A stretch of 32,000 bases of DNA from contig NC_007205.1 of NCBI RefSeq assembly GCF_000012345.1, positions 930,001-962,000 of the forward strand, given 5' to 3'. Position numbers and translations under genes: made by a program. This document shows positions 26,388 to 32,000 of the stretch, piece after piece. The notes beneath the pieces were generated by a model. That model was not told the origin of the DNA. It searched no databases and saw nothing but the letters and a program-made list of their open reading frames with translations. The stretch comes from Candidatus Pelagibacter ubique HTCC1062 (GTDB lineage: Bacteria > Pseudomonadota > Alphaproteobacteria > Pelagibacterales > Pelagibacteraceae). The first letter of the stretch is position 1. The number at the start of each line of letters is the position of its first letter.

Positions 26388-27085
26388 CAAAAATAAAAAA
26401 AGAAACAAATAACAATATAGTTACTTTCCCATCAAAAATGAATGATGGCGAAAGAGAAGTTGAGGCAATAATTTTTGCTGCTGCTGAACCATTAGATATT
26501 GACACTATCGAATCTAAAATTTCAAAAAAAATTGATGTTTTAAAATCATTACAGAAATTACAAAAAGAATATTCATTAAGAGGAATTAATCTAGTTTGTA
26601 TTTCTAATAAATGGTCTTTTAGAACTTCTGAAAATTTATCGAACCTTATGTCTCAAGAAAAAACTGTAGAAAAAAAATTATCAAGAGCTGCAGTTGAAAC
26701 ATTAGCAATAATTGTTTATCACCAACCTGTTACTAGAGCTGAAATAGAAGAAATAAGAGGTGTTGCTTTTGGAACAAACACACTTGAGATTTTAATGGAG
26801 CTAAATTGGGTAAAACCACAAGGCCGTAAAGATGTACCCGGTAAACCAATTCAGTATGGAACAACTGATGATTTCTTAAGTCATTTTAGTCTTCAAAAAT
26901 TGTCTGATTTACCTACAGTTGACGAATTGGGATCTGCCGGTCTTATTGATAGCTCAAATATTGATAATGCAATATTTGGTACTGGTAAATTTTACAAAGA
27001 GAAACAAGTTGAAAAAAAAGAGGATATTTATGAAAATATCGATGAGATGTTAGGTGGAACACTAAGTCCAGATGAAGAAAAGTAA
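26384..27085 (+). CDS. scpB: Segregation and condensation protein B
   Basis: EAIIFAAAEPL, LSRAAVETLAIIVYHQPVTRAEIEEIRGV, PGKPIQYGTTDDFLSHF. Confidence 0.9.
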   Translation: MTKIKKETNNNIVTFPSKMNDGEREVEAIIFAAAEPLDIDTIESKISKKIDVLKSLQKLQKEYSLRGINLVCISNKWSFRTSENLSNLMSQEKTVEKKLSRAAVETLAIIVYHQPVTRAEIEEIRGVAFGTNTLEILMELNWVKPQGRKDVPGKPIQYGTTDDFLSHFSLQKLSDLPTVDELGSAGLIDSSNIDNAIFGTGKFYKEKQVEKKEDIYENIDEMLGGTLSPDEEK

Positions 27086-27127
27086 AAAGTTACTTTAAAA
27101 ATAAATTTAAAAGAGGTATAAAATATT

Positions 27128-27328
27128 ATGAGCATTGGAATTTGGCAAATAGCAATCGTAGTTATTCTTGTTGTACTTTTATTTGGTAGAGGCAAGATAT
27201 CTAGCTTAATGGGTGATGTAGCCAAAGGTATAAAAAGTTTTAAAAAAGGTATGGCTACAGACATTACAGACGAACCTGAGCCTAAAAATGTTTCAGAAAA
27301 TAATCAAGATAGCAAAGACAAAGAATAG
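27128..27328 (+). CDS. tatA: Twin-arginine translocase subunit TatA/E
   Basis: 66 aa, with the [15 protein letters not shown] helix followed by an amphipathic helix ([14 protein letters not shown]). SD AAGAGG lies upstream. Confidence 0.9.
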   Translation: MSIGIWQIAIVVILVVLLFGRGKISSLMGDVAKGIKSFKKGMATDITDEPEPKNVSENNQDSKDKE

Positions 27329-27333
27329 ATTAA

Positions 27334-27555
27334 ATGCCCACTATTGGCTGGTTTGAGATTTTAATAGTAGTTGCTGTTGCAATCATTGTTATTGGACCCA
27401 AGGACTTCCCCTATATGTTAAAAAAAGTTGGTTCGTGGATTGGAACTACAAAAAGATATATTAGCAATATACAAAATGAGGTAGCTGACCTTGATATCAA
27501 TTCTAATGAAATACAAAAACCTATAGAAGAAAAAAAAGATAATGACAAAATCTGA
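27334..27555 (+). CDS. tatB: Twin-arginine translocase subunit TatB
   Basis: 73 aa, GWFEILIVVAVAIIVIGPKDFP pattern; positioned between tatA and tatC. Confidence 0.85.
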   Translation: MPTIGWFEILIVVAVAIIVIGPKDFPYMLKKVGSWIGTTKRYISNIQNEVADLDINSNEIQKPIEEKKDNDKI

Positions 27556-28306
27556 AAATGAAGGCGGTTTTGTAAGCCATCTAACTGAACTTAGAAAAAG
27601 ATTAATTCATTCTTTTATTTTTTTATTCATTTTTTTTATTGGATGTTATTTTTTTTCAGAACATTTATATGGTTTTTTAGTTGAACCTTTCGCTAAAGCA
27701 GTAAATGAAAGTGGAACTGATAGAAGGTTAATTTTTACAGCTTTACAGGAAACATTTTTAACATACTTAAAGGTTTCTTTTTTTGCAGCATTCTTTGTTA
27801 CATGTCCCTATATATTGGTACAAATATGGAAATTTATTGCACCAGGACTCTATAAGCATGAAAAAATTGCAATTGTTCCTTATCTAGTTTTAACGCCTAT
27901 ATTATTTTTTCTAGGAGGCATGCTTGTTTATTATTTAATAATGCCACTAGCTATTAAGTTTTTTCTCTCTTTTGAGAGTACAGGAGCTTCAACAGGATTA
28001 CCCATTCAATTGGAAGCTAAAGTTAGCGAATATCTTTCTCTGGTTATGAAATTAATTTTTGCATTCGGTATAAGTTTTCAGTTACCAGTTGTCCTTAGCT
28101 TATTAGCTAGAGTAGGTATTGTTGATGCTGAATTTCTTAGAAAAAAAAGAAAATATGTCGTTGTAATGATTTTTGCTGCAGCTGCACTATTAACACCACC
28201 TGATCCCATAACTCAAATTGGACTAGCAATACCATTATTGATTTTATATGAATTATCTATATTTTCTGTAAACATTATTGATAAGAAAAATAAAAAAAAT
28301 GCATAA
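27542..28306 (+). CDS. tatC: Twin-arginine translocase subunit TatC
   Basis: HLTELRKRLI N-terminus, six TM segments, LTPPDPITQ motif. Confidence 0.93.
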   Translation: MTKSENEGGFVSHLTELRKRLIHSFIFLFIFFIGCYFFSEHLYGFLVEPFAKAVNESGTDRRLIFTALQETFLTYLKVSFFAAFFVTCPYILVQIWKFIAPGLYKHEKIAIVPYLVLTPILFFLGGMLVYYLIMPLAIKFFLSFESTGASTGLPIQLEAKVSEYLSLVMKLIFAFGISFQLPVVLSLLARVGIVDAEFLRKKRKYVVVMIFAAAALLTPPDPITQIGLAIPLLILYELSIFSVNIIDKKNKKNA

Positions 28307-29558
28307 TATTAAAAAAATTAGAAATGATGTTGAGGCTTTTAAAAAAGCTTTGAATAAAAGATTTATAGAAATAGATGTGGATAAGATTTTATCGTTGGAT
28401 GAGAATAATAGAGATTACATCCAACAAAGAGAATTACTTGAAAAAGAAAAAAAAGATATCTCAAAGTCTAAAGATCAATCACTTTTTGAAAAATCAAAAA
28501 AGATAACTGTTGAAATAGATAATATTAGTAAATTACAAGCTGGTGTTAAAAATGAATTGGAAACAATTTTGTCATCAATACCAAATATACCTCATCCAGA
28601 CGTTCCTACAGGTAAAGATGAAAACTCAAATGTAGAAATTTCTAAATCAGGAACAATACCAAATTTTAAATTTAAACCTAAATCACATTATGAATTAGGT
28701 GAAAACTTAAACATGCTTGATTTTGATCTAGCAACGAAAACTACTGGTTCAAGATTTGTTTTTGTAAAAGATAAATTGGCCATGCTAGAAAGAGCTTTAT
28801 CAAATTTTATGCTTGATACACATGTGAATACTAATGGTTATGAAGAAATATCTCCGCCACTAATTGCAACAGATGCCACTATGTATGGTACGGGACAATT
28901 ACCTAAATTTGATAATGACCAGTTTGAACTTAAATTAGACGACTCTAGTGACAGAAAATTTTTAATTCCAACTGCTGAAGTTATTTTAACCAATATTGTA
29001 AAAGACCAAATTATTGATAAAAAAAAACTTCCAATGCGAATGGTTGCCTCAACACCCTGTTTTAGAAAAGAAGCAGGAAGTTATGGTAAAGATACTAAGG
29101 GAATGATTAGACAGCACCAATTTTACAAAGTTGAAATGGTGAGTATTGTTGAAATTGATAAGTGCTTACCAGAACTTGATAGAATGACTGATTGTGCAAC
29201 TAAAATTTTAGATTTACTAAAACTTCCATACCGAAAAATTGTTTTATGTACTGGTGATATGGGTTTTAGTGCTGAAAAAACTTTTGATATTGAGGTGTGG
29301 CTTCCATCAGAAGATAAATACAGAGAAATCTCAAGTTGCTCTTCATGTGGATCATTTCAAGCTAGAAGAATGAAAGCCAGATATAAAAACGAAAAAAAAG
29401 AAACTGTGCTTGTTGGCACCTTAAACGGCAGTGGTTTAGCAGTTGGTAGAACATTAGTTGCTATATTAGAAAATTATCAACAAGAAGACGGGTCTATTCT
29501 AGTGCCAGAAGCTTTAAAGCCTTATATGAATAATATTGAAAAAATCGTTAAGATTTAA
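28299..29558 (+). CDS. serS: Seryl-tRNA synthetase
   Basis: N-terminal coiled-coil arm starting MHNIKKIRND, and class II motifs (FRKEAGSYGKDTKGMIRQHQF, GSGLAVGRTLVAILENYQ). I chose the ATG at 28299 rather than the upstream TTG at 28278 given in the track. This gives an 8-nt overlap with tatC. Confidence 0.95.
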   Translation: MHNIKKIRNDVEAFKKALNKRFIEIDVDKILSLDENNRDYIQQRELLEKEKKDISKSKDQSLFEKSKKITVEIDNISKLQAGVKNELETILSSIPNIPHPDVPTGKDENSNVEISKSGTIPNFKFKPKSHYELGENLNMLDFDLATKTTGSRFVFVKDKLAMLERALSNFMLDTHVNTNGYEEISPPLIATDATMYGTGQLPKFDNDQFELKLDDSSDRKFLIPTAEVILTNIVKDQIIDKKKLPMRMVASTPCFRKEAGSYGKDTKGMIRQHQFYKVEMVSIVEIDKCLPELDRMTDCATKILDLLKLPYRKIVLCTGDMGFSAEKTFDIEVWLPSEDKYREISSCSSCGSFQARRMKARYKNEKKETVLVGTLNGSGLAVGRTLVAILENYQQEDGSILVPEALKPYMNNIEKIVKI

Positions 29559-29611
29559 AGTTGTTTTAATTAGATAGATGTTGTAAGAATTCATTTTAAT
29601 TAAGGAGAATT

Positions 29612-29896
29612 ATGGATCAAGGAATAGGCCAATTTATACCACTAATTTTAATTTTTGTTATTTTTTACTTTTTTTTAATAAGACCTCAACAAAAGAAAGT
29701 TAAAGAGCATAAAGCCATGGTAGAAAACTTATCAAGAGGAGACAAGGTTGTAACTTCTGCTGGTATTATTGGGACAGTTGAAAGAATTATTGATAATGAA
29801 AAAGTTGAAGTGCAAATTGCTGACAACGTTAAAGTAGAAATTATTAAATCTACAGGTATTCAAGGATTACTTAACTCCCCTGAAGTAAAAAAATAA
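29612..29896 (+). CDS. yajC: Preprotein translocase subunit YajC
   Basis: 94 aa, a single TM then RPQQKK...L..GD.V.T.GG/AGIIG.V. A strong SD AAGGAG lies upstream. Confidence 0.92.
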   Translation: MDQGIGQFIPLILIFVIFYFFLIRPQQKKVKEHKAMVENLSRGDKVVTSAGIIGTVERIIDNEKVEVQIADNVKVEIIKSTGIQGLLNSPEVKK

Positions 29897-29908
29897 CATT
29901 TTACTAAA

Positions 29909-31462
29909 GTGTTATACTTTTCTAAATTAAGAATTACCTTAGTTTCTTTAGTATCAATTTTTTTTATTTTTATTGCTGCATCAAATTTTCAAAACCCTGA
30001 AGACAGTTTTATTTCTAAAAAGATAAATCTAGGTTTAGATTTACAAGGCGGATCATATCTTTTACTAGAAATTGATAATGAACCCGTTGAAATTCAAAAA
30101 TTACAAAATACAACAACTGTTATTAGAAATTTTTTAAAAGATAAGAAAATAACTTTTAATGATCTAAGAATTGAAGATAAAAAAATAATATTCAGTATAC
30201 CCAATGATAATATTGAGTTGGTTCAATCTTTTTTTCTTGATAAAGAAAGTGATATTAACCCTTATTATTTTCAATATAAATCACATCAGTTTGATGTAAA
30301 TATTCAAGATAATGAATTTACGCTAACTCTATCAAAATATGGACTTATTGAAATTAAAACATCTTCACAAGATCAAGCTATAGAAATAGTTAGAAGAAGA
30401 GTTGATGAAGTTGGTACAAATGAACCCAATATACTGAAAAGAGGTAATAATAGAATTCTAGTTGAGCTTCCAGGACTTGATGATCCCATGCGTATCAAGT
30501 CACTTTTAGGAAAAACTGCAAATTTAACATTTAGATTTGTAACTCAAAATAATAATGACACTTTTGGTACTGAAATGCTTCAATTTGAAGATGGAACTAG
30601 CGAAGCAATGGTTAGCAAAAGAATAATCTTAAATGGTGAGAATTTATTGGATGCTCAACCACAAATGAATAATCAAACCAACGAAACAGTAGTATCATTT
30701 ACACTTGATAGAGTGGGGGCAAAAAGATTTGGTAAAGCAACCAGTACAGGAATTGGCAAACAATTAGCAATTGTTCTAGATGGTAAAATTGTTAGTGCTC
30801 CAGTAATAAGGGATACTATAGCAAGTGGAAATGGTCAGATCAGTGGAAATTTCACATTTCAATCTGCAACAGACTTGGCATTACTTCTAAGATCAGGAGC
30901 GTTACCAGCACCACTTAACATTATTGAAGAAAGAACAGTTGGACCTGACCTTGGTCAAGATTCAATTAATGCAGGAGTTATCGCCCTTATGATTGGTTTC
31001 TTATTGGTGATAATTTTTATGTTTGTTAAATATAGAATTTTTGGTCTAATTGCTAACATAACACTATTAATTAACTTATTTTTTTTAGTTGGTATTTTAA
31101 CTTTATTTGAAGCAACATTAACACTTCCTGGAATAGCAGGTATCATTTTAACGGTTGGTATGGCAGTTGACGCTAACGTGTTAATTTTTGAAAGAATTAA
31201 AGAAGAATGCAAGAAAGAAAAAAATAATATTATAGCTTTTGATACAGGTTATGTGAAATCAAAAACTGCAATTATAGACGCAAACATAACCACATTAATT
31301 GCAGCAGTAATCTTATTCTTTATGGGCTCTGGACCTGTTAAAGGTTTCTCTGTGACTTTAGCTATAGGAATTTTTACAACACTGTTTTCAGTTTATTTTA
31401 TTGCAAGAATGCTTACTGGCCTTTATGTCGTAAGAAATAAAGAAAAGACTGAACTAATATAA
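29909..31462 (+). CDS. secD: Protein translocase subunit SecD
   Basis: LGLDLQGGSYLLLE, RRRVDEVGTNEPNI, LPAPL, and a C-terminal 6-TM RND-like domain. It has a GTG start with no in-frame ATG nearby. Confidence 0.93.
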   Translation: MLYFSKLRITLVSLVSIFFIFIAASNFQNPEDSFISKKINLGLDLQGGSYLLLEIDNEPVEIQKLQNTTTVIRNFLKDKKITFNDLRIEDKKIIFSIPNDNIELVQSFFLDKESDINPYYFQYKSHQFDVNIQDNEFTLTLSKYGLIEIKTSSQDQAIEIVRRRVDEVGTNEPNILKRGNNRILVELPGLDDPMRIKSLLGKTANLTFRFVTQNNNDTFGTEMLQFEDGTSEAMVSKRIILNGENLLDAQPQMNNQTNETVVSFTLDRVGAKRFGKATSTGIGKQLAIVLDGKIVSAPVIRDTIASGNGQISGNFTFQSATDLALLLRSGALPAPLNIIEERTVGPDLGQDSINAGVIALMIGFLLVIIFMFVKYRIFGLIANITLLINLFFLVGILTLFEATLTLPGIAGIILTVGMAVDANVLIFERIKEECKKEKNNIIAFDTGYVKSKTAIIDANITTLIAAVILFFMGSGPVKGFSVTLAIGIFTTLFSVYFIARMLTGLYVVRNKEKTELI

Positions 31463-32000
31463 TGATTAATTTTAATAAATTTTATAAACTATTTAATCTA
31501 ATCTCTTTAAGTTTAGTTGTTGCATCTGTTCTATTATTATTTTTTAAAGGACTTAATTTTGGTGTAGATTTTAAAGGTGGAACTTTAATAGAACTAAGGT
31601 CTAACGATAAAAATATTAACGTTACTTCTTTAAGGCAATCTTTTAACAAAATGAAATTAGGAGATTTTAATATTAAAAAATTTGGCAATGAAAATGATTT
31701 TTTAATCAAAATAGAAAAAAAAGATACAAGTGCAAATGCTATAGAAGTTATTAAAAAAGATTTAACATCTTCATTGGGGAGTTCTTTTAATTTCAGAAGA
31801 GTTGAAAATGTAGGTCCAAAAGTTAGTTCTGAATTATTAAAGTCTGGTATTATTGCAATCGCTCTATCTCTAGCTGCAATGTTATTTTACATATGGATAA
31901 GATTTGAATGGCAATTTAGCTTAGGTGCTATTTTAGCCCTATTTCATGATGTCATTATAACACTTGGTCTTTTTTCACTATTTAGTTTGGAAATAAATCT
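31462..32000 (+). CDS. secF: Protein translocase subunit SecF (partial, runs off the window end)
   Basis: This ORF is not in the track because no stop lies in the window. My translation from ATG 31462 (TAATG overlap with the secD stop) is open to the window end: MINFNKFYKL...GLNFGVDFKGGTLIEL...VENVGPKVSSELLKSG...IRFEWQFSLGAILALFHDVIITLG. That is a classic SecF pattern. Confidence 0.92.
   Translation, partial: MINFNKFYKLFNLISLSLVVASVLLLFFKGLNFGVDFKGGTLIELRSNDKNINVTSLRQSFNKMKLGDFNIKKFGNENDFLIKIEKKDTSANAIEVIKKDLTSSLGSSFNFRRVENVGPKVSSELLKSGIIAIALSLAAMLFYIWIRFEWQFSLGAILALFHDVIITLGLFSLFSLEIN

Noticed and set aside
1-32000. CRISPR arrays, tandem or interspersed repeats, rRNA genes and homopolymer slippage sites.
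   Set aside because: No regularly spaced direct repeats or long duplicated segments were seen on reading through the window. The many A/T homopolymer runs (for example A8-A10 inside ntrY, valS, nagZ and serS) are in frame within intact conserved genes and reflect base composition. A computational repeat scan would be needed to exclude short dispersed repeats.

Overview
This is a very AT-rich, tightly packed chromosomal segment, with several 1-nt TAATG stop/start overlaps and almost no intergenic DNA. Gene content and order are alphaproteobacterial: ispD<>ntrY-ntrX-trkA-trkH, aapJQMP, erpA-xthA<>dgt-argS-(small ORF)-nagZ-scpA-scpB-tatABC-serS, and yajC-secD-secF. Together with the composition, this is what I would expect from a streamlined marine SAR11/Pelagibacterales-type genome. 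That assignment is an inference, not a database result. I support 33 CDS (2 partial) and 3 tRNAs: Arg-UCU, Asn-GUU and Cys-GCA. I also support one clear rho-independent terminator and one clear operator/promoter. Most of the window is ordinary housekeeping. I saw no CRISPR array, transposase, integrase, phage gene or recognisable defence system. Five items are worth a second look. (1) A perfect 20-bp Fur/Zur-type palindrome lies on the promoter of an apparently leaderless zur-like gene. That gene is translationally coupled to an unrecognised 132-aa His-rich 3-TM protein with an intramembrane HxxxD motif. (2) A 73-aa 3-TM protein is encoded divergently from this unit. (3) An XRE regulator and a secreted protein with an alginate-lyase-like (AlgL/PL5-like) sequence pattern but an altered catalytic motif sit at the 3' side of a tRNA-Asn/tRNA-Cys pair. 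(4) Two abutting perfect palindromes lie just upstream of the amino-acid binding-protein gene. (5) Several extreme streamlining features are present: unrelated genes fused by TAATG, convergent 3' overlap, and a roughly 30-nt divergent intergenic region. All functional calls come from reading the supplied translations against remembered family motifs. No searches were run.
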